From positions 73,094-137,093 of the forward strand of contig CAWBGV010000031.1 of the NCBI GenBank assembly GCA_963788395.1: a stretch of DNA of 64,000 bases. The letters are read 5' to 3'. This document shows positions 8,868 through 18,854 of this stretch, piece after piece; positions within the stretch are counted from its first letter, which is position 1; every line of letters starts with the position of its first letter. The position numbers were made by a program, and so were the translations under genes. Source of the stretch: Candidatus Doudnabacteria bacterium. Lineage in GTDB: Bacteria > Patescibacteriota > Doudnabacteria > UBA920. Under the pieces are notes generated by a model, which saw only the letters and a program-made list of their open reading frames with translations, had not been told where the DNA came from and ran no database searches.

Positions 8868-11369
8868 ATGCCTAACGGGGGACAAAAAGAAAACGCATTT
8901 ATATTGTGGTTTGACGAGATATCAAAGGACGACATTCCGTACGTGGGCGGCAAGAACGCCAACTTGGGGGAAATGTACCAAAAGTTGACGAAAACGCCAA
9001 GCTCAATTTTTAAGGGAGAAAAAATTTCCGTCCCCTATGGTTTTGCGGTGACTGCTGCGTCGTACCGCTATTTTATTGCCGCTAATAAATTGGATGTTAA
9101 AATCAGCGATATTTTAAAAGATTTAAACACCAAAGACATTAAACAGCTGGAGGATTGCGGCCAAAAAGTACGGCAACTTATCTTAGCTGCCATCTTCCCC
9201 AAAGATTTAGAAGCCCAAATTCGCAGTGCCTATGTTAATTTGGCAACCAAGCTAAAGTTAGACGTGGCCGGGCTCGATGTGGCCGTCCGATCTTCCGCCA
9301 CTGCCGAAGACCTGCCCAATGCATCGTTTGCGGGCCAGCAGGAGTCGTACTTAAATATAAAAGGCGAGTACGCGCTCTTGGAAGCCATTAAAAAATGCTT
9401 TGCCTCGCTGTTTACTAATCGCGCTATATCGTATCGTGTTGACCAGCATTTTGACCATTTTAAAATTGCCCTCTCTGCCGCCGTTCAAAAAATGGTTCGT
9501 TCCGACCGCGGCGCCAGCGGGGTTATGTTTACGCTCGATACTGACAGCGGCTTCCGCGAAGTCGTCCTGATTAATGCGGCCTACGGTTTGGGTGAATTTG
9601 TCGTTAAGGGAGTGGTAACCCCAGATGAGTATATGGTCTTTAAGCCTACATTAAAACAAGGTTTCGCCTCTATTATTTCAAAACAGCTTGGTTCCAAAGA
9701 GAAAAAATTAATTTATGCCGGTGAGGGCATTAGCCCGACCAAAGAAGTCCCGGTGCCGGAGCATGATCGCCATCAATTCGTGTTGGATGACGCCAAAGTC
9801 CTACAGCTCTCGCGCTGGGGCGTAATTATTGAAGAGCACTATAATCGCCCAATGGATATAGAATGGGCGTATGACGGTACCACCAAGGAATTATTTATTG
9901 TCCAAGCCCGTCCGGAAACTGTCCAGGCCAGAAAAGATGGGACGATTTTGGAAGAATATGTGTTATTAGAAAAAGGTAAAGTAGTCTTAACCCACGGCGC
10001 CGCTGTTGGCGCGAAAATCGGCCAAGGAAAAGCGCATTATATTAAAGATGCTTCGCAGATTTCGGAATTTAACCAAGGCGAAGTTCTGGTTACGGAAATA
10101 ACCGATCCTGACTGGGAGCCGATTATGAAAATGGCTTCGGCTATTGTGACCAATGCCGGCGGCCGTACCAGCCACGCGGCCATAGTTTCGCGCGAACTCG
10201 GGATTCCGGCCGTCGTGGGCTGTGGCGACGCCACCAAAGTTATTTCGACCGGAATGCCCGTAACCGTCAGCTGTGCCGAAGGCGAGACCGGCAAAATCTA
10301 TCAAGGCATGCTTAAGTTTAAAGTCAATCGCCATGATTTAACTAATTTTCAGCAGCCGAAAACGGAAATTAAAATGATTGTGGCCGATCCGGAACTGGTG
10401 TTCGGGTATTCTTTTATTCCCAATCGCGGCGTGGGCTTGGCGCGGGAAGAATTTATCATTTCCAATTATATTAAAGTTCATCCGAACGCCCTGCTGCATT
10501 TTAACCAACTGAAAGATCCGGCAGTCAAAAAACAAATCGAAGACATTACGGTTGGGTACGAAAATAAACTCGATTTTTATGTCCACAAATTGGCTTACGG
10601 TATTGGAATTATAGCGGCTGCCTATTACCCGCACGAAGTAATTTTGCGCTTTTCCGATTTTAAAACCAACGAATATGCCAACCTCATCGGCGGTAAGGAT
10701 TTTGAGCCCAAAGAGGAAAATCCCATGATTGGCTGGCGCGGCGCTTCGCGATATTACGACGATAATTTTAAAGACGCGTTTGCCTTGGAGTGTCAGGCGG
10801 TTAAAAAAGTCCGCGAAGAAATGGGTTTGTGGAATTTAAAAACTATGATTCCGTTCTGTCGCACGCCGGAAGAGGGCGCCGCGGTGTTGCAAGAGATGGA
10901 GAAGAATGGACTCTCGCGGAAAAAAGCTTCAAAAAGTCAATTAGGAAAAATCAAACAAGATCCGAAAGCTAAAGCTCCAACCCTCAAGCCTGAGCTGGAA
11001 GTCTGGGTTATGGCCGAAATACCTTCCAATATATTGCAGGTGGAGGAGTTTGCTGCCTTGTTTGACGGATTTTCTATCGGCTCGAACGATTTAACCCAAC
11101 TGACATTGGGACTGGATCGCGACAGCAAATTAGTTGCGCACATCGGCAATGAACGCAATAAATCGGTGCTTATTCTGATCCATAATCTTATCCAGCGCGC
11201 TCACCAGGCCGGGCTGAAAGTCGGCATCTGCGGCCAGGGACCGTCGGATTTCCCGGACTTGGCGGAATTTTTGGTGCACGAGGGAATAGACTCGATTTCT
11301 CTTAATCCGGACACGGTGCTCAAAGCAACCCTTAATATTAAGGCGGTGGAAGAAAAAATGGGGAAGTAA
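8868..11369 (+). CDS. ppsA: Phosphoenolpyruvate synthase (pyruvate, water dikinase)
   Basis: 833 aa with an N-terminal ATP-grasp region, the mobile domain GGRTSHAAIVSRELGIPAVVGC (catalytic His), and a C-terminal PEP-utilising TIM barrel. Confidence 0.9.
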   Translation: MPNGGQKENAFILWFDEISKDDIPYVGGKNANLGEMYQKLTKTPSSIFKGEKISVPYGFAVTAASYRYFIAANKLDVKISDILKDLNTKDIKQLEDCGQKVRQLILAAIFPKDLEAQIRSAYVNLATKLKLDVAGLDVAVRSSATAEDLPNASFAGQQESYLNIKGEYALLEAIKKCFASLFTNRAISYRVDQHFDHFKIALSAAVQKMVRSDRGASGVMFTLDTDSGFREVVLINAAYGLGEFVVKGVVTPDEYMVFKPTLKQGFASIISKQLGSKEKKLIYAGEGISPTKEVPVPEHDRHQFVLDDAKVLQLSRWGVIIEEHYNRPMDIEWAYDGTTKELFIVQARPETVQARKDGTILEEYVLLEKGKVVLTHGAAVGAKIGQGKAHYIKDASQISEFNQGEVLVTEITDPDWEPIMKMASAIVTNAGGRTSHAAIVSRELGIPAVVGCGDATKVISTGMPVTVSCAEGETGKIYQGMLKFKVNRHDLTNFQQPKTEIKMIVADPELVFGYSFIPNRGVGLAREEFIISNYIKVHPNALLHFNQLKDPAVKKQIEDITVGYENKLDFYVHKLAYGIGIIAAAYYPHEVILRFSDFKTNEYANLIGGKDFEPKEENPMIGWRGASRYYDDNFKDAFALECQAVKKVREEMGLWNLKTMIPFCRTPEEGAAVLQEMEKNGLSRKKASKSQLGKIKQDPKAKAPTLKPELEVWVMAEIPSNILQVEEFAALFDGFSIGSNDLTQLTLGLDRDSKLVAHIGNERNKSVLILIHNLIQRAHQAGLKVGICGQGPSDFPDLAEFLVHEGIDSISLNPDTVLKATLNIKAVEEKMGK

Positions 11370-11375
11370 CTAAAT

Positions 11376-11409
11376 AAGACCTATGGGACCAATTGGTCCT
11401 ATAGGTCTT
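11376..11409. terminator. Bidirectional terminator between convergent ppsA and glnII
   Basis: 15-bp stem AAGACCTATGGGACC / GGTCCTATAGGTCTT (one G-U pair) with a 4-nt loop AATT. Confidence 0.65.
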
Positions 11410-11421
11410 ATTGAAATTAGG

Positions 11422-12573
11422 TTACAAGTTCATCTTTTGCGTATCGGAATTTACCGGAGGCTGCGGCAGCGGGGTGCTTTTGCCGTTTTGGATAATCAGA
11501 TATTTTTCATCATGAAATTCAAAGTTGCTCCAGCCATATTTATCCGGGTCAAAGCCTTCCCCGCAAGTGGTTTCAATTAAGGCAGTACAAATTTGGTAAG
11601 GGTCCAGGTTGGCTGCCGGACGGCGGTCTTCCAAATAGCCGCGGCCCTTGTTGGCCGTATCCATGGGAATGCGAATACTGGCGCCCCGGTCGGAAACTCC
11701 GTAGCGGAAATCATAAATGCTGCAGGTTTCGTGCTTGCCGGTGAGGCGTTTGTCGTTATCCGCGCCATACACCCGCATGTGCTGCTTGTGGAACCGGCCT
11801 AATTTTTCGCAGGTTTTTTTAATGTATTCCAGTCCGCCGGTTTCGCGCATAGGGCGAGTCGAAAAGTTGGTGTGCCCGCCCGCGCCGTTCCAATCACCGC
11901 TCATGGGCTTAGGATCGAGTTTGGCATAGGCGTTATGTTCTTCACCCAAGCGGTATAGTAACCAGCGCGCCAGCCACATTTGGTCCGATATTTCTAATGG
12001 TCCGCCGGCGCCCACTTGAAATTCCCATTGCGCCGGCATTACTTCGGCGTTAATTCCGGAAATCATAATTCCCGCGTCCAAGCAGGCTTTGGCGTGAGCT
12101 TCTACTAATGGCCGGCCATGGACTTCGTCGTAACCGACGCCGCAGTAGTAACGGCCTTGCGGTGAAGGATATCCTTTTTCCGGCCAGCCTAACGGCCAGT
12201 CTTTATCATACAAAGTGTATTCTTGTTCAAAACCAAACCAGGGTTCCTGATCTTTAAATTTTTCCGCTACCTTTGCCAAAACGTGCCGGGTGTTGGAAAT
12301 GTGAGGTGTGCCGTTGGCGTTTAAGACTTCGCACATGACCAAAATATTCGGGTCGCCGTTGATGGGGTCGTTGATATAGTAAACCGGTTTGAGCATGCAG
12401 TCGCTAAAGTGCCCTTCGGCTTGTTCGGTAGACGAACCGTCAAAGCCCCACATGGGGATGTCTTCTATTTTTCTGACCGGGCCATCGATAATTTTTGTTT
12501 TAGAGCGTAACTTGGCCGTGGGCTTTCTGCCGTCCGTCCAAATATATTCCGCCATAATTTTGTTGTTTGGCAT
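11422..12573 (-). CDS. glnII: Glutamine synthetase type II (eukaryote-like GSII)
   Basis: 383 aa. The N-terminus MAEYIWTDGRKPTAKLRSKTKII matches the GlnII AEYIWIDG...AKLRSKT signature, and length fits GSII rather than the 470-aa GSI. Confidence 0.85.
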   Translation of the reverse strand: MPNNKIMAEYIWTDGRKPTAKLRSKTKIIDGPVRKIEDIPMWGFDGSSTEQAEGHFSDCMLKPVYYINDPINGDPNILVMCEVLNANGTPHISNTRHVLAKVAEKFKDQEPWFGFEQEYTLYDKDWPLGWPEKGYPSPQGRYYCGVGYDEVHGRPLVEAHAKACLDAGIMISGINAEVMPAQWEFQVGAGGPLEISDQMWLARWLLYRLGEEHNAYAKLDPKPMSGDWNGAGGHTNFSTRPMRETGGLEYIKKTCEKLGRFHKQHMRVYGADNDKRLTGKHETCSIYDFRYGVSDRGASIRIPMDTANKGRGYLEDRRPAANLDPYQICTALIETTCGEGFDPDKYGWSNFEFHDEKYLIIQNGKSTPLPQPPVNSDTQKMNL

Positions 12574-12637
12574 ACCGTTGTTCCTTTTGGCTACCGTTTA
12601 CCGGGGGTAAATGCAGCGCATAAATTAATGGTAAAAT

Positions 12638-12668
12638 GAAAACCCCGGCCTGAAGCCGGGGGTTTTGC
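12638..12668. terminator. GC hairpin plus T-tract in the divergent glnII/GNAT intergenic region
   Basis: AAAACCCCGGC-CTGAA-GCCGGGGGTTTTG. The position, between two start codons, is odd for a terminator; it may be an attenuator or regulatory hairpin. Confidence 0.35.
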
Positions 12669-12823
12669 TAGAGATTTTGCGGTCGGAATGAGGGTGTAAA
12701 TTCGGTGGGTGTTGGGAGTGCGTTAGGTATCAACATATAGCCAATATAGCAGAGGGTAAAAAAACGCGCAAGTAGTGAAATACAGCAGAAGACAGTTCCG
12801 TAATAGTTTGTTACTATGATGGT

Positions 12824-13252
12824 ATGAAAATGAGAGCTATTAAGCCGAGCGACATCAAAGCCGCGGCTAAAATTATCGAATTAAATTATGCCTCGCAATA
12901 TCGCTGGCTGGACAGGGAAAATATAACGGCGATGTTTAATAATTATATTGGGAAGCCCAAGTATTTAGTGGCCGAAGAAAAAAGTAATATGGTTGGATTT
13001 GCCGGCTATATTGAAACCTGGATGGATTATAGCGTCTACAATATTTTTTGGGTTAATGTAGACCCGGCCCATCAAGGGCAGGGGATTGGGCGGGCCTTGG
13101 TGACAGCAGTGATCAAAATAATCAAAAAGAAAAAAGCCAGCCTGGTCTTACTGACCACTAACCAACCACGTTTTTACAGACAGTTTGGTTTTAAGACGGT
13201 TATGAAGTTTGGGAAAAAAGGATATCTACTCATGGTTCTAAAATTAACTTAA
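12824..13252 (+). CDS. GNAT-family N-acetyltransferase
   Basis: 142 aa with the acetyl-CoA-binding motif QGQGIGRALV in a GNAT fold layout. Confidence 0.8.
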   Translation: MKMRAIKPSDIKAAAKIIELNYASQYRWLDRENITAMFNNYIGKPKYLVAEEKSNMVGFAGYIETWMDYSVYNIFWVNVDPAHQGQGIGRALVTAVIKIIKKKKASLVLLTTNQPRFYRQFGFKTVMKFGKKGYLLMVLKLT

Positions 13253-13277
13253 AGAAATTCTAAACCAAACTGTAACA

Positions 13278-13309
13278 AACAGGGTACCCCTTTAAAGGGG
13301 TACCCTGTT
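13278..13309 (+). terminator. Palindromic terminator hairpin (13-bp stem, TTTAAA loop)
   Basis: AACAGGGTACCCC-TTTAAA-GGGGTACCCTGTT immediately after the GNAT stop. Confidence 0.55.
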
Positions 13310-13333
13310 GTGGGTTGACAATGATTTTTAAGT

Positions 13334-13361
13334 ATGCTACCTTTATATAGCAAGGTAGCAT
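13334..13361 (+). promoter_or_regulatory. Putative PadR operator: 10-bp perfect inverted repeat ATGCTACCTT-N8-AAGGTAGCAT overlapping a TATATA -10-like box
   Basis: Read directly, 14 nt upstream of the PadR start. PadR regulators bind dyad sites and autoregulate. Confidence 0.5.
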
Positions 13362-13374
13362 TTACTACAATCAT

Positions 13375-13698
13375 ATGGAAATAAGAGATAAATTTAGCCC
13401 AATTCGCAAAGGATTGCTGGAACTAGCAGTTTTGCAGGTTATTTCAGTAAAAAAGGTTTATGCGGCGGATATTCTTGATACTCTTAAAGATACTGAGTTT
13501 GCGACCCAGGAAGGCACCCTGTATCCGCTTTTGAGCCGTTTGCGCCAGGAAAAGGCTGTGGATTATGAATGGGTTGAAAGTGAAGCCGGGCCGCCCCGAA
13601 AGTATTACCGATTGACTGATGAAGGCCGGGAACAACTTCGTCAGCTGCAAGAGTATTGGAAAACAATAAATTTAACTATTAAAAATCTGGGAAAGTGA
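13375..13698 (+). CDS. PadR-family transcriptional regulator
   Basis: 107 aa: winged HTH with the TLYPLLSRLRQEKAV recognition helix and wing, and YYRLTDEGREQL. Confidence 0.85.
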   Translation: MEIRDKFSPIRKGLLELAVLQVISVKKVYAADILDTLKDTEFATQEGTLYPLLSRLRQEKAVDYEWVESEAGPPRKYYRLTDEGREQLRQLQEYWKTINLTIKNLGK

Positions 13699-13749
13699 GT
13701 AGTTTATGGTTAGTAATACTACAAACTACCCACTATAAACTAAACACCT

Positions 13750-14814
13750 ATGAACAAAGTTATCACCATCAACTTAAATGGCCGCGCCTATCAAGTTGAA
13801 GAAGAAGGTTACAATAAATTGCGCGACTATCTCCAGTCGGCCGGCGAAAAATTATCCAACGACCCTGGCAAAGAAGAAATTATGAGTGACTTAGAGCAGG
13901 CCATGGCCGAAAAGTGCGATCAATACTTGCAAAAGAATAAAACCGTAGTCACCAACAGCGATGTTGAATCGATTATTTCACAGTTGGGGCCGGTCCAGGG
14001 TCAAACTTCGTCTGCCGAGGCCTCGTCAGACGCCGCTCATGAAAGTCCTAAAAACACTGCGGAACCAAAGCGTCTGTACCGGATTGCCGAAGGCGCTATG
14101 TTCCGCGGCGTCTGTACCGGATTGGCAGCTTATTGGAATGTAGATGTGACCTTTATTAGAATCGGTTTTGTAATTCTCGTCTTAATAACTCACGGATTTG
14201 GGATTTTGCTGTATCTGGTCATGATGATTGTTATTCCACCCGCAACTACCTCGGCCCAAAAAGCCGCGGCCAGTGGCGCGCCATTTACCGCCCAAGAATT
14301 TATTGACCGCGCCCGCCAGGAGTACGAAAAATTTTCCAATCGTGAAGACTGGAAGAATTGGAAGCGCGAATGGAAAGCTAAGGCTCGCCAGGAAAAGTGG
14401 GAATGGCGCCAGCAGCGCCGCGCCAGCTGGAATCCGGTTTCTCCATTTTTGGGCCTGTTAGTAGCTGTTTTGTCTATCTTATGGCTGTGGGGCCTGGTTA
14501 TGATCATAAGTCGAGGTATGATTTTTGGTTGGTTGCTGCCGGCTACTATTCCGATTTGGGTGATAATTCTGATATGGCTCTGCGTCTACAGTTTTGTGAT
14601 GTGGCCGCTGAAAGCCGCCCGCTGGTCGATGGCCTATCATGATCCCGATTACCACCACCATTACCACAACGGTTTTGCCGAAACCGTGGTCTGGTTGGCC
14701 TTTATAGCTATAATTATTTGGGCAGCCTGGCAATACATTCCGTCTTCCCACCATGCCTTGGAACAGGCGCGCGTATGGGGGCAGCACCTCACACAAAAAT
14801 TACGAATCCATTAA
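13750..14814 (+). CDS. PspC-domain membrane protein (LiaF/PspC-like stress sensor)
   Basis: PspC domain LYRIAEGAMFRGVCTGLAAYWNVDVTFIRIGFVILVL, several transmembrane helices, a charged W/K/E-rich linker and a His-rich tail. Confidence 0.75.
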   Translation: MNKVITINLNGRAYQVEEEGYNKLRDYLQSAGEKLSNDPGKEEIMSDLEQAMAEKCDQYLQKNKTVVTNSDVESIISQLGPVQGQTSSAEASSDAAHESPKNTAEPKRLYRIAEGAMFRGVCTGLAAYWNVDVTFIRIGFVILVLITHGFGILLYLVMMIVIPPATTSAQKAAASGAPFTAQEFIDRARQEYEKFSNREDWKNWKREWKAKARQEKWEWRQQRRASWNPVSPFLGLLVAVLSILWLWGLVMIISRGMIFGWLLPATIPIWVIILIWLCVYSFVMWPLKAARWSMAYHDPDYHHHYHNGFAETVVWLAFIAIIIWAAWQYIPSSHHALEQARVWGQHLTQKLRIH

Positions 14815-14816
14815 GT

Positions 14817-15581
14817 ATGACTAACGAAGTTTTGTTAAGCGTAAAAGATTTAAAAAAGAAGTATGACAACGGCTACGAAGCGGTAAAGGGCGTTAGTTTT
14901 GAGGTGCATAAAAGCGAAGTCTTCGGAATTTTAGGCCCCAATGGCGCCGGTAAAACCACAACTTTAGAAATGATAGAAGGTCTAAGATCAATTACCAGCG
15001 GGGCGGTTATTTTAGATGGGCTCGACGTCCAAAAAAGTCCTTACGCAGTTAAAGAACGCATTGGGATTCAATTACAAGCGTCGGCTTTTTTTCCCAACCT
15101 CACGCTGGTTGAACTTCTGCAAATGTTCAGTGATCTGTATGGCCAATCAAATGATCCCGTTGAACTCTTGCGTGAAGTCGGGCTGGAACAAAAAGCCGGC
15201 AGCTACGCTAAAGATTTGTCCGGCGGCCAGCGCCAGCGGTTTTCAATCGCGACGACTCTGGTCAATAAGCCGATCATGGTATTTTTAGATGAGCCGACGA
15301 CCGGACTTGATCCGCAAGCGCGCCGGAATTTATGGGAGCTCGTCCAGCAAATTCAAAAAAAAGGCACTACTGTTATTTTAACCACGCACTATATGGATGA
15401 AGCTCAAATACTCTGCGACCGGGTGGCAATTATGGACGAAGGGAAAATTGTAGCGCTGGATACGCCAAATGTACTCATTGAACAGCTGTTATCGCGCGGT
15501 TTCAAAGCTCACACCGTGGTGCCTCCCGCTACATTGGAAGATGTTTTTATAGATTTGACCGGAAAAGAACTCAGAGATTAA
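14817..15581 (+). CDS. ABC transporter ATP-binding protein
   Basis: Walker A GPNGAGKTT, signature LSGGQRQR, Walker B VFLDEPTTGLD. The ATG at 14817 lies 2 nt after the PspC stop, so the ORF-track N-terminus from 14718 is an upstream read-through. Confidence 0.9.
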   Translation: MTNEVLLSVKDLKKKYDNGYEAVKGVSFEVHKSEVFGILGPNGAGKTTTLEMIEGLRSITSGAVILDGLDVQKSPYAVKERIGIQLQASAFFPNLTLVELLQMFSDLYGQSNDPVELLREVGLEQKAGSYAKDLSGGQRQRFSIATTLVNKPIMVFLDEPTTGLDPQARRNLWELVQQIQKKGTTVILTTHYMDEAQILCDRVAIMDEGKIVALDTPNVLIEQLLSRGFKAHTVVPPATLEDVFIDLTGKELRD

Positions 15582-15659
15582 ATAAAATTCACAAATTTAT
15601 AAATTAAGTAAAATTTAATGTCAACCCAGTAATTTTATTTAACTTGTAAATTTATTTTT

Positions 15660-16759
15660 ATGCAAAAATTCTTTATTTCCCTGAAAGCCCTCACCGTTGC
15701 CTCGTTTAAAATGTATTTCCGAATCGCGGAGCGGTTATTTTTACGTTAATTGTTCCGCTGGCACTGTTGGCAGTATTTGGATTTTTGTCTAAAGGCGGCG
15801 CAACTACGATCAAACTCGATGTTACCGATTATGCCCAAACTCAGCTTTCTCAAAATTTTCTAAAGGCGCTTCAAAATGTTTCGGTCTTTAAGGTCCAGCA
15901 AGTCTCGGAAAATCAGGCAGGTTCTGATCTGGGAAAAGGCAATATTGATCTGGAAGTAGTTATACCTAAAAATTTTGGGCAAGCGGGCGCCGCCGGCCAG
16001 CCTAAACCTGCCAGTATTAAAACGTATTATAACCAGGCTAATCCGGCCAACGGGCAAATTGGAAACTTAATCATTACTCAGATTGTTGACGGTATTAATT
16101 CCCAAATTTCTGACGTCCCGCAAATCGTTTCAGTTCAATCTACCGGCGTCCAAACCAACAATTTGGGGTACTTTGATTTTATCTTGCCCGGCATTTTAGC
16201 CATGATCATCATGCAGTCCGGATTGTTTGCCGTGGCTTTTGCCTTTGTTTCGTTTAAAGCCAGCGGGGCTTTGCGCCGTATCCAGGCCACACCGGTACAT
16301 CCGCGAAATTTTATTATTGCTCAAGCAATTACCCGTTTAGTCATGACTTTGATTACCGTGGCAATACTCATCGGTTTCGGCGTAAAGTTTTTTAGTTTCC
16401 ACATGCTGGGGAGTTATTGGGATTTTACCCTTGTGGCAATTTTGGGAATTTTGATATTTTTGGGTTTTGGTTTCGCGATTGCCGGCTATGCCAAAGATGA
16501 AAATCAGGTTGCGCCGCTGGCCAACGTTATCCAGTTGCCCATGCTTTTACTTTCGGGCATCTTTTTTCCGCGCGACGATTTTCCTCACTGGCTGCAAACG
16601 GTGACTAATTATTTTCCGTTAACGTATTTAAGCGATGCCATGCGCCACATTGCTAACGAAGGATTGCACTTGACGCAGATAATGCCGGATTTATTGGGAC
16701 TGATTATTTGGTGCGTTATAGTCTTTGTGATTGCGATTAATTTGTTCCGGTGGGAGTAG
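15660..16759 (+). CDS. ABC-2 family permease, interrupted by a 1-nt frameshift near 15720
   Basis: ATG 15660 gives MQKFFISLKALTVASFKMYFR, then the frame changes (A-run CGAAT at 15720-15724) into NRGAVIFTLIVPLALLAVFGFL..., the first transmembrane helix of ABC-2 permeases. The ORF-track TTG start at 15767 would truncate that helix. Confidence 0.7.
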
Positions 16760-17009
16760 GGGAGGGATGAAACATGAAGCATGCTGTACGGGATTTGGGA
16801 GCTGAATTTTATGACGGATTTAGAGAGGTTGAAGAAAATTTTATATAAGCGACGAAAAAAGCGAATTCCTGCACGGGTCTTAAACCAGCTTAAAGCATTA
16901 CTGTTTCATCCGCTGTTTTGGCCGCCCTTGCCGGCACCGATTTATAAACGTAAATAGGGATTAAAAAAACTCTCCACTGCCGGAGCGTTTATTGATTGGT
17001 ATATTTTAC

Positions 17010-18478
17010 TTATAGAGCTGCCAAATCTATGGTTTGATCAATCCGGACCTGGGCAACAAAATCCGGAACGTGGGAGACCATAAGCAGGGCGCTTTGGTAA
17101 TCACTGAGGGCTTGGGCAATAATAGGTAAATGTCGGAAGTTAATATGATTAGTGGGTTCGTCCAGAATAAGCAGTCCGGGTTGTAGCAAAACCAGCCGAC
17201 AAAACGACAGGAGTCCTTTTTGGCCTTCCGACAGAGCCGCAATGGGTTGATCCAGGAGTTTGCCATCCAGTAAAAAACCCGCGGCGGTGGAACGCAAAAT
17301 GTGCTCATCGAATTTTTGCATAACTTCCTTGAGGGCATCAAAAGCTTTTTGGTCAAAGTTAAAATTGGAGAAATCTTGTTTGTAGTAGCCTATGAGGATG
17401 TCTTTGGCCACTGTAAAACCTTGTCCGGAACCGGCAGTGATTTTTTCCAGCAGGGTGCTTTTGCCGATGCCGTTTGGGCCGGTAATAATTACGTGGGTAT
17501 TTTTTCGTATCGTCATGTCTAGGTCTTTACTGACTACTCCATGTTCACGGATAGCGGAAAGAGAAGAGAACGTTAAAATTTTTCCATCAAAAAATGGGTC
17601 AAATTCTTGACAGGGGATGGTAAATTCGCGGATGGTCTTGTCTTCCCGCCGAACTTCTACCACGCTTTCTTCCGCTGCTTCCGCCGCTTCCCGCATGCGC
17701 TTGGCTACGGCGCGCAGTTTGCCGCCTTTGTGGGCGAAGACTTCGGCTTGGGAACGCTTCTCTTTAATTTCCATTTGCATGCGGGCGTTTTGCAAATTTT
17801 CCCGTTCAATCCGGTTTTTAATTTCTTCGACTACGTCGTAATAGTTCCCGGAGTATTGTTCAATTTTATGGGTAAAGACATCTAAATATAAGACACCATC
17901 GGAAAAGGCGTTGAGAAAATCGGCATCGTGGGAAATAACCACGACAGTTTTTTCGTACATCATCAAAAAGCCGGTCAAATGTTCTATGCCTTGTTGGTCA
18001 AGATTGTTTGTAGGCTCGTCCAAAAGTAAAATATCAGGATTTTGGATAAGCGCGTGCGCCAATAATAATCGCGCCTGCTGTCCGCCGGAAAAATGTTTAA
18101 CGGTTTTTTCTAAAGGCAGATCTACATTTACGACTTCAAACACGTCGCGGATTAACTTATCCAGATTATATTTTTTTTCAGCAAAAGCCGTGGCAAAATA
18201 ATCCCGGACCGATAATTCGGCAAGGTCTTTTGGCATAACTTGTCTGGCGATAGCAATTGAAGCGTCTTTGGGAGTAATCAATATTTCCCCTTAAGTTAGG
18301 TTTGATCTCGCCGGTAATCATTTTTAAAGAGTGTGGATTTTCCCGCGCCGTTCTGTCCCATAAGCGTGACTCTGCTGCCGCTGCGAACGCTAAAACTCGC
18401 CTCTTCCAAAACAGGTTTGTTGTGCCCGTACTCAAACGTGACGTTTGAGAATCTTAAAATAACGTTATCGTTAGCCAT
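17010..18478 (-). CDS. ABC-F family ATPase (EttA/Uup/YheS-like, tandem ABC domains), two frameshifts near the N-terminus
   Basis: Three ORF pieces (18296..18478, 18178..18435 and 17010..18281) read GQNGAGKSTLFK | MITGEIKPNLR | GEILITPKDASIAIARQVMPKDLAELSVRDYF... The breaks are at a TTTTT run (18321-18325) and a CCCC run (18287-18290). There is a second Walker A ITGPNGIGKST and signature FSGGQQARL. Confidence 0.85.
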
Positions 18479-18854
18479 ATAGTAAAAAAGAAACCCCGCT
18501 GATGGGGTGAAAAACTATATTGATTGTAGCAGCTTAACCGCCTCCGGTCAATCAAAATAAAACCCGCCACAAAGAGGGGTTTTTGGTCACAGTAGGCCAC
18601 AGCTTGACTTAAATATCGTAGCACATTGGTTTTTTATGTCAATATCTGGTGGACAGCATAGCTTCCGAGTTAAATCATATCTGGGACTACGTTTGGCGTT
18701 GGTATCCTTGGGTCAAAGAGTTAGAAACGGCCAATGTTGCTGGGTAATTTGGCGTGTTTAGGTCACACATGCCAGTATTTAAACGCTAAAATTTAGGCTT
18801 TTAATGCTTCTGTGCCGACTTTTTCTATAAGTCTTATAAATTTTTGCGCAGCTT

